Positions 26,140 to 39,287 of a stretch of 64,000 bases of DNA are shown here, piece by piece. The notes below the pieces were generated by a model, which was not told the DNA's origin, did not search any database, and saw nothing but the letters and a program-made list of their open reading frames with translations. The translations under genes were made by a program, and so were the position numbers. This DNA is from Octopus sinensis. Its lineage: Eukaryota. Numbering within the stretch: the stretch's first letter is position 1; each line of letters begins with the position of its first letter. The stretch is from contig NC_043005.1 in the NCBI RefSeq assembly GCF_006345805.1, forward strand, positions 52,018,001 to 52,082,000, written 5' to 3'.

Positions 26140-26340
26140 CTAGGCACAAGGCCCGAAATTTTTGGGGCGGGGGCCAGTCGATTAGATCGACCCCAGTACG
26201 CAATTGGTACTTAATTTATCGACCCCGTCGGAATAAAAGGCAAAGTCGATCAAAGTCGAGAATTTGGAACGTAAAGACAGACGAAATACCGCTAGACTTT
26301 TCGCCCGGCGTGCAAACGTTTCAACCAGTTCGCCGCCATT
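26140..26340 (-). mobile_element. SINE family A
   Basis: Reverse complement of family A head, core and tail. Confidence 0.8.
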
Positions 26341-26796
26341 GTTAAGCGATATATTACTGCCTGCTGTGATATATGAATTTTCCCTTTAGACAATGTTTGC
26401 AGTTACGTTATCCGTAGAAGAGCGGGGTGTCACTTATTTAACCACGTGACAATACTTTTTTAATGAGAGCCAGTCTATTCATAGTGTTTTGGAGACAGTT
26501 TCTTTTACCATATCTTGTCTAACAGATTTTTCATATAAGTTAACTATGCGAACCCCGAGTTAGCATACAGTGAAGGGAATCCCGAATGGATTCCCAATAA
26601 GTTTGATGTCTCTACATTTTGTGTAAGCATCACATTTATCTTTTGTGGAGACATCTTGAGTACATTTTTGTCTGAGTATATGGTATGAATGCATATATAT
26701 ATATATATATATATAACAAAGTTGAGTTGTGGGGTATCGCACGAGTGGAATTATATACGAAAGAAGGTTTGAAAATGCAATTTAAAAGATGTTTAT

Positions 26797-26841
26797 TTAC
26801 TTAACCGGTTTCACTCTTTGGAAAAAGATTGTCAAAAGTAA
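26797..26841 (-). ncRNA. Minimal hammerhead, U3-A8 variant (F3, left arm)
   Basis: Exact reverse complement of 27765-27809. Confidence 0.65.
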
Positions 26842-27285
26842 CATAGAATATTATGAATTCAAAAAGGTTTTTTTACATAATTGCCACATTGAATATTATG
26901 AATTCAAAAAAGTTTTTTTTACATAATTGCCACATTACATGTATAAATATAGTTTTTGGTAACAGGGATATGTTAAGGGCATAAAGAAGTTCAACAGTGT
27001 GATGAGAATATTTGGAAAAATGGGCAGAAAAGAATAAAACAAATATATTATTGGAAATTTGGTTGCGTTAATTATTGGTTGTTGCAAATTGTCACATTAC
27101 ATGTATATATATACAGTCTTTGGTAAAAAGGACATGTTAAAGACATAAGGAAGTGCAACAGTATGGTGAGAATATTTGAAAAATTGGCAGAAAAAATTCA
27201 AATGAATATATTATACATCTCAGGGTCCGTACAGAATATTATGAATTGAAGGCGAGTTTATTTACTGACCTGTTCGTTTTCGCAG

Positions 27286-27369
27286 AAATGTTGAATTGAG
27301 AAAAATGTACCCGTTTTGTTCTATTTATGGCTTCCCTTCAAGCATCAATGATTTTGGGATTATCATGAG
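27286..27369 (+). CDS. Candidate 84-nt symmetric (phase 2-2) exon in the inverted-repeat spacer
   Basis: Branch-like TACTGAC, CTGTTCGTTTTCGCAG acceptor, GAG|GTGAGT donor, single open frame NVELRKMYPFCSIYGFPSSINDFGIIM; no homology recognised. Confidence 0.45.
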
Positions 27370-27764
27370 GTGAGTATGTGTGTCTCTCTGCGTGTGTGTG
27401 AATAGATGTGTCTGTGTGCCTGTAGTATCTGGTCAGATGGCGTCTGTTTGTCACACACATATACACACACAACACAAATATTCTCACCATACTGTTGCAC
27501 TTCCTTATGTCTTTAACATGTCTTTTTTACCAAAGACTGTATATATATACATGTAATGTGACAATTTGCAACAACCAATAATTAACGCAACCAAATTTCC
27601 AATAATATATTTGTTTTATTCTTTTCTGCCCATTTTTCCAAATATTCTCATCACACTGTTGAACTTCTTTATGCCCTTAACATATCCCTATTACCAAAGA
27701 CTATATTTATACATGTAATGTGGCAATTATGTAAAAAACTTTTTTGAATTCATAATATTCTATG

Positions 27765-27809
27765 TTACTTTTGACAATCTTTTTCCAAAGAGTGAAACCG
27801 GTTAAGTAA
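27765..27809 (+). ncRNA. Minimal hammerhead, U3-A8 variant (F3, right arm)
   Basis: TTACTT-TTGACAA-TCTTT-TTCC-AAAGA-GT-GAAAC-CG-GTT-AAGTAA: 6-bp helix I, palindromic helix III AACCGGTT, GUU triplet. Confidence 0.65.
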
Positions 27810-27889
27810 ATAAACATCTTTTAAATTGCATTTTCAAACCTTCTTTCGTATATAATTCCACTCGTGCGATACCCCACAACTCAACTTTG

Positions 27890-27986
<97 letters not shown>

Positions 27987-30900
27987 TACATAACATATAT
28001 ACGTATAGATATATACATATATATATATATATATTATATATATAAATAGATGCATACATACATATATTTATATATTTGTGTGTGCACATGTGTGTTTATG
28101 TGTGTGCATGTGGGAGTGTGTGTGTGCGTAATAATCATATATTATGCTCTTTAAAGCCCGTTCACAGTATTTGGATGTCTAATGTCAACAACAGTATGGA
28201 TGTATACGCCACAGGATATATTTCAAGAATTCCTTTGTGTCTGGAGAATTTATAAAAAATGTGGGGGAAAAATGAATTCACCAGACTCTATTCAGAACCA
28301 CTAGGATCGTTACGATTTGTCTTGCTCCAGTATCTTACAGATAAGTTGAGATGGCGTAGAAACATTGCCATGCATCTTAGGTGCAGATGCGCCTCCACGT
28401 TTGACTTTTCAACAGTATACTTTTAGAAAATTACCTGAGGAGACGCATCTGTAGTTACGATGCATGATAATTGTTTTATTCAACATTTTACCTGAAAGTT
28501 TACTGCTGCATGGTGGATCGAAACGATCGTAGACGTTTCTGAATAGAGAGTCTCATGAATTCCATTTTATTTGTCTCATGTTTTTATGAATGCATACATA
28601 TATGTGCGTGTGTCCATATGCATATATACATGGGGATATAAGCGTGTACGAGTTTGTGTGTGTATGAGAGAGAAAGAGAGAGCGTGTGTGTGTACGTGTG
28701 TGTATGCGCTTGTGCATTCATGTGTGTGTGTGTGCGTGTTCGTGCACGCGCACGCGGATGTGTGAACTTAAACCTACGCACACATGCACACTCGTATAAG
28801 CACGGATGCACACACAATTCTGTGGTCATATACATGTACACATATATACATATATACACTCCCACATCTGTCGTCCCTTCCTATTTCCCCCCAAGCACAC
28901 AACCGATTTCCAATTCACCATGCGGCATTTTCTTAGTAATTGTTGTCGCTAAAATACCAATATCAATCTGCAAAACTGCGTGAGCTTTCTCCTCCAATCT
29001 CCGGCTAACGTCCAGTTATAAACATTGACCCTCCACAATCAAACTCTCATTCAGACTCCTAATGGCCGACCACTAGCGACACGCTTGAAACTCAAAGTAT
29101 CAAGGGGTTTGAATCAAACAGTTTGATCCATATATGCATACATACATACATAAATACACACACACACACACATATATATATATACATGCACACACACACA
29201 CATACTTATATATGTGTCTGTGTGTGTGCATGTGTGTACGTAGCTATGTGCGTGTACGTTATATGTACATCTATATGTTGTATATATATGTGTGTCTGTG
29301 TGTGTGTATGTATATATACCTATATAATTTAATATACACAATTTAAAAAAGGAGCTGCTAATAGAAATACAATAATTTAGCATATTTATATAACATGCCA
29401 TGTGTCTCGCGCAATCTTTCAGTGCATACTTTTAAATTTATTTGAAAATCAGGACGCTGATCAATAAGAAAATATTGGAAGAAGCGGAAAGAAAAACACG
29501 AAGAAAGTTGAAGTAGAAGGAAAAAAAAAAAGAGAAATGTAAGAACACCAAGATAATACCCCTTTGTCTCTCGAAATCATAATTAATGTAATTGGTGTAG
29601 AATAATATAACGGAAAGGAGGCCAAAATCTGCGAGCTATTCAATCCGGAGAGGATGGTGTACTAAAGTTCTACAAAGCAAACTTGTCCATGTGCTTGCAT
29701 TTGCTAAAAATTTCGGATCTGGTAAATTTAGGCTTAAAATGAATGTGTGATCTTTCAATATTTTTATCTGTTCAGCAGCTTTAGAAGGTATAAAAAGGCA
29801 AAATCGACTCCAGTTGTGTTGGAACTCAGAATCACATACTATTAGGTAGTAAAACGATGGTCTTTACATTTTCTAACCAATTCGATGATAACGAAAATAT
29901 TGGTGATTTCTGTATTCTACTGTGAAAAGAGAAAACGATTGGCAAAAGTAGCAAAATAGACGAACACTACAATTGAATGCACTGCTAATATATTATTATA
30001 ATGGAATAATATATTACTCTCTATCAAACATCTATAAAACTACAAACTAATCTATATCTCAGTAGTGCACAAAATACATAGAAACTTACATACATGCATA
30101 TAAATATAAATATATAAAGGCACAAGCGCACACACTCTCTCACACACAGGCACAGACACATACGTACACAAAACAAATACACATATACTCACTTCGTTGA
30201 ATATGAATTATACTGGAATGCGATAAGAAAGAGGGAAATGATATTAAAATAGTTTTTAAAAATAATGACAGCAATAACAACATGTCTTGCACAAACGCTA
30301 CTTGGGTTATTAGCGGAAGCCGGAAATGGTGGAAAAGAATAAATCAGAAAAAGGAGTTAGACTCATCTGGGAAAAGCGGTTTGGCAAAAAATGGTGCGAG
30401 GATTATTCCGTTACAAGTTGGAATGTATGAATTTGGAATGCCATAGGGACTCTTTTATATCATGGGAAAGGTAAAATGGAAAATCCTTGATTGCTTACAT
30501 ATTTTATACACAGCGCTGTATTTACCAGTTGTCTGTCACGTTTACGAACAAGAACACGCACGTATGTATATATATATATATATGCGTGTTTCTTTTGGTA
30601 TGTGCGTCAGTATATTTTTATGCACGCAAAGATAGTTATTCATAAAAATGCCCACACGAACTCTTACAGGTATATATGCACACAAACTGACTCAAAAGTA
30701 CACACACACATAGAAGCACATTTGCGTTTATAATATAATCATATATATATATACGCATTTATATATATATATATATACGCATTTATATATATATATATAT
30801 ACATACATATATGTATGCATTTATATTTATATGCATACATGTGTATATATATTTATATATATATATATGCATATATATATATATGCATATATATATATGT

Positions 30901-31148
30901 ATACATACATATATATACATATGCATAAATATATATATATGAATATATACACACACAGACATATATGTGTGTGTGTGTTTGTGTAAATGTCTATAAATGT
31001 ATGTGCGTATGCATATGTGTGCATGCGTGCATGTAAATATGTATTTGCGCGGGCGTCTGTGTTTATAGGTATAAGAAATACTTTGCTATAAATTCCTTAC
31101 TATAAAGATATGCTCATAAATCTTTGCAGACATGAAGCTAAGCAAACG

Positions 31149-31183
<35 letters not shown>

Positions 31184-31884
31184 ACACAAACACACACACA
31201 CACACTGACACACAGACACACATATATATACATGTGTATATATGTATATATAGATATGTATATACGTATATGTATATATGTACATCTATCTAAGTCTGTC
31301 TATTTATCTATCTATCTATACACACACACACACATATATATATACGTATATATATACATATGCGTGTGTGTGTGTGTGTGTGTGTATATACATATGCGTA
31401 TGCGCATGCTTGTTGAATGTCATTCTTTCCAGATTTACATCCATTGCATGAGATACAATTACTTATATACAACGTACACACACAGACACAATAAATCACG
31501 TACGCACATATACAAATACAAATACATAGAAGCCTACATCGCTATAGATGTGCACTCGCATACAAACATTCATGCATCAGAATACACACAAACGTTCAGA
31601 AATGTAATCTCATTAATGATAATAGCTATGGAATTAGATTTAACCCCTCCTACTATGTCAATACTGTGTCTTGGTTTCAATTCGCGGTCACAGCTGTTTC
31701 ACTGCTTATATATCAGAAATATCTGTGTATTAAGACTAAGCTATCTACTTCGAATAGGTCTGTATGTAGCGTGTGAAATATAGTTTATTTTTCTTTTGTG
31801 ACAGGATATATAGATATATGCATACACACAGGCATACATGTATGAATGCATTCTTACATACATACATACATGAATCCATATAAC

Positions 31885-32040
31885 AAGTTCAGGTTTATAC
31901 CTGAAATTGTTGGGTAACTGGGATATGTTACACATCACCTAAACATCATTTTTGGAAAATTAGGCTTCTCAAAACCAGAATGGAAAAAACTGATTAGACT
32001 ACAGACACAAGCCATCACTGGAACTGTAAAAACTGTAAAA
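31885..32040 (+). mobile_element. RLE-type (R4/Dong-like) LINE C-terminal fragment
   Basis: FIPEIVG*LGYV..GKLGFSKPEWKKLIRLQTQAITGTVK resembles the PIxIGALG..LQxxxxxGT RLE C-terminus; similar to 52205. Confidence 0.5.
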
Positions 32041-32084
32041 AAACAATCAGATGTATTAGTATAACGCTCGGGGAGTGAAAAAAA

Positions 32085-32122
32085 GTCTTTAACGTTTCGA
32101 GCCTGCGCTCTTCCACAGAAAG
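32085..32122 (-). ncRNA. Minimal hammerhead-like motif, family F1
   Basis: TCTTT-CTGTGGA-A-GAGC-GCAG-GCTC-GAAAC-GTT-AAAGA; palindrome AACGTT. Confidence 0.55.
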
Positions 32123-32487
32123 AAACACAGAAAGAAACAAGGAGAGAAAAAGCAGAAAGTACAAAAAATGTTTAGAAAGTATAAAAAAATGTTACGAAAA
32201 GTTCAAAAGGGTCAAAAGCTTCAGACGTCGTGGTGTACTGGAGCGATTTTTCATCAACAGAGGAGTCCAGTGTATTCCATAGGCAGGAGAGGTGTTGCTG
32301 AAGTGTAGAAAATCCAGTAGAGAATCCGTAGAACTTCGTGGGCGTTCAGTTGAATTGGATACTTAATATGAGGCACCAACTCAGTCCGGTATTATCCGCA
32401 CAGATCGAAGTAAGGTGAATAAAAGCAAATAAATAACAAGGATGTCAAGGTATTAATGCATTACGGTCATGTTGCAAACCTATATTA

Positions 32488-32574
32488 TGCATCCGAAGAT
32501 GGCGGTGTATTTCAAATATATGTAATGCTTGCATTGTTCGATTAAATATAGCCGCCTGAAACGGCCGTAATGCA
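32488..32574 (+). ncRNA. Type-I hammerhead variant (CCGAAGA core) with extended helix II loop (family F4)
   Basis: TGCAT-CCGAAGA-T-GGCGG...CCGCC-T-GAAAC-GGCC-GTA-ATGCA; 5-bp helix I, helix III palindrome ACGGCCGT; inverted copy of its 3' part at 32419-32468. Confidence 0.6.
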
Positions 32575-32694
32575 ATAATACCTTGACATCCTTGTTACTT
32601 ATCTGCTTATATATATATATATATAGTTATGTATGCATGTATATATGTAAGTATGCATGTATACATGTATGCACGTAAGTATATATTTTAGTTT

Positions 32695-32900
32695 CAAATT
32701 TTGGTACAAGGCCAGCAATTTCGGGAGAGAGGGCATGTTGATAACCTGGACCCCAGTACTCAACTGGAACTTATTTTATCGATCCCCAAAAGAATGAAAA
32801 GCAAAGTCAACCAACCTAGTTGGGATTTGAACTCAGAGCGTAAAGAAGGGCGAAATGCCGCTAAGCATTTTACCCGGAGTGCTAACGATACTGCCAGCTT
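32695..32900 (-). mobile_element. SINE family A
   Basis: Reverse complement of family A. Confidence 0.75.
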
Positions 32901-33056
32901 GCGGAGGTCGTAAGTATATATATTGATGAATGTTATCATGCATGTATGTATGTATGTATGTATGTATGTATGTATGTATGTATGTATGTATGTATGTATG
33001 TATGTATGTATGCATTTATTTATATATGTATGTATGCATTTATTTATGTATGTATG

Positions 33057-33095
<39 letters not shown>

Positions 33096-33519
33096 ATGTA
33101 TGCTCATGTACATGTTTGTATATAGGAATATATGTGCGTATGTGCGTACGAATGTGCGTCTACACGGACACATACACACCACAGATACACACATACCACA
33201 CCCGCGCAGACACACACACGCACGGACACGCACACAAACAGTATTACACTTACTACGGAAAGCCGAATTAACAGAGCAGCAAACATAACCTCTTCCTTTC
33301 ATTATCCACAATAATCTTACAATTACTCCTATTAGAGTATATGATTGTCGATCTATTTCATCATCAAATATTTTTTTTAAATGTCTTTCTTCCCTCTGTG
33401 ATCGGTAGAATACAGTACAAGCATTCCGTGCGTTGCGACCTCAGGTCACGAGATTTCGCGTTTATGATAACTGTAACTTATGGGCACTAATTTCATGATA
33501 CAGAATGTAATTTCAACAC

Positions 33520-34100
33520 TTACGACTAAAATTTTACTACTTATAGAAGTTGCATTTTTAAAATGGGTTGAAACGGGAGAAAAATATTAGCCGTATTGCT
33601 AAAGCATTAAAGTCTTCAGACTTTACATTGGGATAATTAAGTGACAAGTGAAGGCGCGTGGCTTAGTGGTTAGGGCATTCGGCTCACGATTGTAAGGTCG
33701 TGAGTTCGATTCCCGGCGACGCGTTGTGTCCTTGAGCAAGACACTTTATTTCATGTTGCTCCAGTCCACTCAGCTGGCAAAAATGAGTTGTACCTGTATT
33801 TCAAAGGGCCGGCCTTGTCACACTCTGTGTCACGCTGAATCTCCCTGAGAACTACGTTAGGGGTACACGTGTCTGTGGATTGTTCAATCATTTGCACGTT
33901 AATTTCACGAGTAGGCTGTTTCGTTGATCGTATCAGCTGGGACCCTCATCGTCGTAACCGACGGAGTGCTCCTTTTAATTAAGTGACGACAGGGAGATCA
34001 TTAATCAAATTCTTAAAAAGGTTCTCCATTAACTGCTCGGAAACATTGTTTTTATACAACTAATGCGATGTCCAAAATGTAATGGTTCTTGAGTGTTTCA
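33520..34100 (+). mobile_element. Possible pogo/Tigger-like transposase N-terminal (HTH) remnant, interrupted by a SINE
   Basis: Broken reading ..VETGEK/NISRIAKALKSSDFTLG..IIK resembles a CENP-B-type HTH; highly decayed. Confidence 0.3.
33646..33975 (+). mobile_element. tRNA-derived SINE, family D, full length with 12-bp TSD
   Basis: TAATTAAGTGAC at 33634-33645 and 33976-33987; A/B boxes TGGCTTAGTGG and GAGTTCGATTCC. Confidence 0.92.
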
Positions 34101-35409
34101 ATTGGTGTACATACTCAAAATGATGAACGATGAAGCACGATGGTAATTCTTAAAATAAAGCACCTAAATAAAGACAATTCTTCACTCTGAACAGGTATTT
34201 GTTTTCTATTGGCCCCGAAACGATTAAAGACAATGTTAGCGTTGCATGGGATTGAACTCAAAGCACAGGAACCGCAACAAATGCCACCATGTATTTAATG
34301 TATTATATTCAGCGATCTAGCTACTCATCCACTTCAATGGTGCACACACACACACATACACACGCACGCACACGGACACACAACCACATACACACACAGG
34401 CACATACATATACACACATACACACAAGCATATACACACGCACACACATATACATACATATACAGAGTGTACGTGTATGTGTGTTTGCGTGTGTATGCGC
34501 GCATGCGTTGATGTGTGTCGAATGTAACTTATAAGAGAATTATCTATTTTTTTTTTCAAAACATTCAGTTTTGAAAAATCAATAGGGATGTAGTTTCTAC
34601 AATCAAATGTACTTAGGAAGAGGTCGATATCTCCTATGGAAGAATTTGAAACATCCATTTACTCTTTAGCCACTTAGGATATCTTTCTACACATGGCTTA
34701 CTTTGGACAATGCTTCCACAATCTATTTTCTTTATGAATTCAAATGTATCTGCAGATCTGATTAGTTTTGAAACGCTTATTCCATCCATGTAAATATTGT
34801 TGACAAAGCCACATTAAGGCAAGAAGACGTAGCCGATCAATTTCACAACACCGTATTGATCTTTGATAGAACATCAGAGATATTGATCAAAGAAATGTTC
34901 GACGCTAAAGTCTATAGCATAAAGTATCCAGTTCTATTTCTTATTGTTCGTGTCACATCAACTGTTTTCCAAATCCGCATTAATAAGATATTGTAGTTCT
35001 TATTGTTTAGCGCTCCATTTTTTCACCTACACTTATAGTGTGTTTAGGACTGCCTTATCCCAATGTGCTCCTCTCCATTTTTCAGGCAGTTTGACTCCGG
35101 TGACAGGAGGGAAATATGGAGCTGATATTTCTCGAAGAAAGAATTTACTACGTTGAAGCGTCACAGAGAAGTGGGTTAACTGAGTCGGTGGAGCACTGAA
35201 ATAAGATCTTTAATGCATTTAGTTACGTTCGTTTTTCGTCCGGGTTCAAATCACGCAGGAATTGATTTTGTTTAACACCGTGACAGGCCTATCAAAAGCA
35301 TCGTGACATTTGCCTTTTGGACATAATGTACTAATCTCCATTTTTAATTGATATGTCTTGCAGAGTCGATGATAAGGTGGATGCTTACCCGTTGATTCAA
35401 TATCAAAAG

Positions 35410-35790
35410 TTTCGTGGCACTCCGTCGGTTGCGACGACGAGGATTCCAGTTGATCCGATCAACAGAACAGTTTGCTCGTGAAATTAACGTGTAAGCAGCT
35501 GAGCACTCCACAGGCACGTGTGCCCTTAACAGAATGTGATAAAGCTGGCCCTTTGAAATACAGGTACAAACAGAAACAGGAAGAAAGAGTGAGAGGAAGT
35601 TGTGGTGAAAGAGTACATATATACGTATATACATATATACGTATATACATGTGTATGTGTGCGTGCGCGCCTGCGTATGTATGTGTGTATCTTTGTGTAA
35701 ATGCTTGTCCCCCCACCACCGCTTGACAACCGGTGCTGGTGTATTTATGTCCCCGCAACTTAGCGGTTCAGCAACTTCGACACCTGTGCT
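35410..35790 (-). mobile_element. SINE family D 3' part plus family B fragment
   Basis: GGCACTCCGTCGGTTGCGACGACGAGG...GAAAGAGT matches the D tail; 35700-35790 matches the B body. Confidence 0.75.
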
Positions 35791-36204
35791 CAACTAGTAT
35801 ATTATTTTGTCGACACGGTATGGATAAAAGGCAAAATCGCTTCCGATAAAAAAATTAACTCAAAATCTATAAGCGTGTAATTAAATACCACAATGTATAA
35901 TCGTGGACAAAATTTAGTTATGTATCTTAACGTTCGGAGTTCAAATCCAATCGAAGCTGCAAAAAAACTAACCATTCGAAAATTGCGGTTGATTCAAACA
36001 ACCCCATCTCAAGGGCGAGTTCTGACGGTAGTTTCTTTAGGCTGGATATCTCCAACCACTATGCTGTGGATCAGTACAGAGCCATGAATCATTTGGTATC
36101 GAGCCGTACAGAAAGAATAAATTAAACAATTTTATTTCAATTTTATTGACTTTCGGTCTGCAAAATGTTTTTGTATTATATTCGAATTATAAATGCAATA
36201 TATA

Positions 36205-36452
36205 TGTAGTTGTTGGCACTCCGTCAATTACGACGACAAGGGTTCCAGTTGATCCGATCAACGGAACAGCCTGATCGTGAAATTAAAAGTGCAAGTGGCT
36301 GAGCACCCCACAGACACGTGTACCCTTAACGTAGTTCTCGGGGAGATTCAGCCTGACACGGAGTGTGACAAGGTTGGCCTTTTGAAATACAAGTACAGCA
36401 GAAGCAGAAAGAAAGAGTGAGAGAAAGTTGTGGTGAAAGAGTACAGCAAGGT
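36205..36452 (-). mobile_element. SINE family D 3' part
   Basis: Reverse complement of 56410-56655. Confidence 0.8.
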
Positions 36453-36589
36453 TGGCAAAATGCTTGCTTAGAGGTATTTCGTCCATTTCTAAATTCAAAT
36501 TCTGCCTAGGTCAACCTTGTCTTTCATCGTTTGGGGGATGAATACTTAATGCCTTCCTCCAAACTACCAAAATTTTAAACCAATATATG

Positions 36590-36623
<34 letters not shown>

Positions 36624-36721
36624 AAGTTAATCCAAACAAGAAAACAAAAAGACAACAACGCGAGGATGTGGAACAAATAAAGTATTATTGGACGCTCAGG
36701 AAAGAAGGGAAGAAGGAGGTT

Positions 36722-36752
36722 ATGACGTTTCGAGCGGAGCTCTTCGTCGGAA
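36722..36752 (-). ncRNA. Hammerhead-like motif (CCGACGA core, GUC triplet), F1-related subfamily
   Basis: GTTT-CCGACGA-A-GAGC-TCC-GCTC-GAAAC-GTC-ATAAC; helix I imperfect; element runs to (TA)n at ~36620. Confidence 0.45.
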
Positions 36753-36916
36753 ACATAGGAGAAAGAAAGATCCCGAGGTTGGAGGACAGAGGGAAAAAAA
36801 ATGCAAGTGGTCTTCACGAGGTCACATATATACATACATACATTCATTCATACATACATACATACATACATACATACATACATACATACATACATAATAC
36901 ATACATACATACATAT

Positions 36917-36985
<69 letters not shown>

Positions 36986-37086
36986 AGTAGGTGAATGAAT
37001 TATCCTATGTTTATCGTCAGCATGGAAAATTCGAGAGTAAAGGAATTTTGTTAACATCTTCGTTCGACTCCATTCTTTCATTTATA

Positions 37087-37132
<46 letters not shown>

Positions 37133-37144
37133 GTGTGTGTGTGA

Positions 37145-37420
37145 AGGCTCACGATCATGAGATAGTGAGTTCGAATCCCGGACCGAGCTGTGTGTTGTGT
37201 TCTTGAGCGAGACTCTAGTTCACTCAGCTGTAGAAATGAATTGCGATATCACTGTCTTTGCCTTTCCCTTCGACAACATGAGTGGCACGGGGAGAGGAAG
37301 CTGGTAGGCATGGCCGACTGCTATTCTTCCATAATCAAACCTTACACGGACTTGTGTCTCAGAGGAGGACTTTCTAGGTGCAATGCTGTGGTCATTCATG
37401 ACTGAAGGGCGTCTTTACCC
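37145..37420 (+). mobile_element. SINE family C
   Basis: GAGTTCGAATCCC B-box; body matches 6278-6612. Confidence 0.75.
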
Positions 37421-37471
37421 ATTATATGCTATAATTAAGCTATATATTATGTACTTTATTGTTTTGTTATA

Positions 37472-38284
37472 CAGGCTGTCCCATAAATCACTGGTGGCTT
37501 TCAAATTTTAATAACTTCCTTAACTTTACAAATAAATGCATGAAATTTTGATACAATATAAATGATATAATGGCAATTAATACGCAGAAGTTAAATTTTG
37601 AAACACTACTACATCACATATGAAAAATGATATCGCTTAAATAGTAGGCATTTTCGGCTTCGCATGCCTGTGCTCTTTGCAAAACTTGCACCATAACACC
37701 CTCAAGAGTTTCAAACCCCACTTCTCTGATTTCTCTATTGATGTTCTCCTTCAGTTGCTCCGGTTTGTTGACGAAAACACTCTCTTTCACGTACACTTAC
37801 AAGAAAAATCCGGGCTAGTCAAGTCTGGGGAACATGAAAGCCAGTTGACATTGCCGTAGCAATTGCATTGTTTCTTTTGCAGTATGAGCAGTTGCCCCCA
37901 TCTTGTATGAGGTCTACTTTGAATGGCTGGACGCAGAAAATCCTGAATCATGGATAACTGAAAGAGAGTGTTTTCGTCAACAAACCGGAGACCCTGGTGC
38001 AACTGAAGGAGAGCATCAATGAAGAAATCTGGAAGTGGGGCCTGAAAATCTTGACGGTGTTAGGGTGCAAATTTTGGATAAGGTACGGGCGTGCGAAGCC
38101 GAAAATGGCTGCTATTTAAGCTATGCCATATTTCATATCTGATTTAGTGGTATTTCAAAATTTGATTTGTGCATATCAATTTCCATTATGTCTTTTATAT
38201 TTCATCAAACTTTCATGCATTTATTTGTAACGTTAAGGAAGTTATTACAATTTGAAATCCATCAGTGGCTTTTGAGACAACCTG
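37472..38284. mobile_element. Tc1/mariner-superfamily derivative built from two inverted 3' ends, TA TSD
   Basis: TA|CAGGCTGTCCCA...TGAGACAACCTG|TA; minus strand encodes IQDGATAHTA, NWLSCSPDLTSPDF and YVKESVFVNKP...LSDIIFH; the C-terminal block recurs on plus at ~37960-38140. Confidence 0.85.
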
Positions 38285-38715
38285 TATTTTTTTTATTACG
38301 TTTCTTTGGATTTCGAATTCAAATACGGTGGAGGTTCATTTCATGTTGCTCTTCCTTCTTCCGGGATCGACAAATAAACTACAAAAAAGTATTAGGAGTT
38401 CATTCTTCTTCCTCTCGTTCGTCTTTCAGTTTGTCTGTAATTCTGTATGTAGGTGGCAACATTAAGAAAAAAAAAATAAAGATTATAAAATGTCGGAAAA
38501 AAATGGAGGAAAAATAGAAAAGAAAGCAAATATATTTTACAAATGTATTAGTGAAAAGCTTGGAATTGTTGATGTTGCAAATTTTGCTGCTCGAGGGCAT
38601 ATACACACATAGATATATAGCTAAACACACACACACACATGATATATTTGGTATATGATATATATATAAATATACGTATATATATGTATATAGTATATAA
38701 ATATATGTAAGTATG

Positions 38716-38757
<42 letters not shown>

Positions 38758-39136
38758 ATATATATATTATATGTGTGTGCACATGAAAACTTATTTGTTT
38801 ATGTGTTTGTATACATGTATGCTCATATAAATATCTGAATGCCCAAACACATATAATCTCTCTATCTGTTTCTTCATTTCATCACACGCATTTGCTGCTT
38901 CTTCGAATATGTATGTTTACACACGCACACATGTATATGCAGCATAAACATACATATATATAAATGTATGTGTACATACATACACACACATATATAAATA
39001 TATGAATGTATATATGGCTAAGCTTGCATATATGTGTATTAATTCGTGTTTAAATATATATATGTATATATATAATTATATATATATATATATATATATA
39101 TTATATTATATAGTATATATATATACATATATATAT

Positions 39137-39175
<39 letters not shown>

Positions 39176-39243
39176 GTATATATATATACATATATTTATA
39201 TGTATATTTATATCTACATATTTTGACGTGCTTATATATATAA

Positions 39244-39287
<44 letters not shown>

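Larger units (their letters stand above)
26715..27891. mobile_element. Inverted pair of PLE-type terminal repeats (arms 26715-27178 and 27475-27891, 296-bp spacer)
   Basis: Near-identical arms, left arm with an extra ~46-bp tandem duplication; both outer ends abut (TA)n; hammerhead variant in each arm. Confidence 0.85.
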
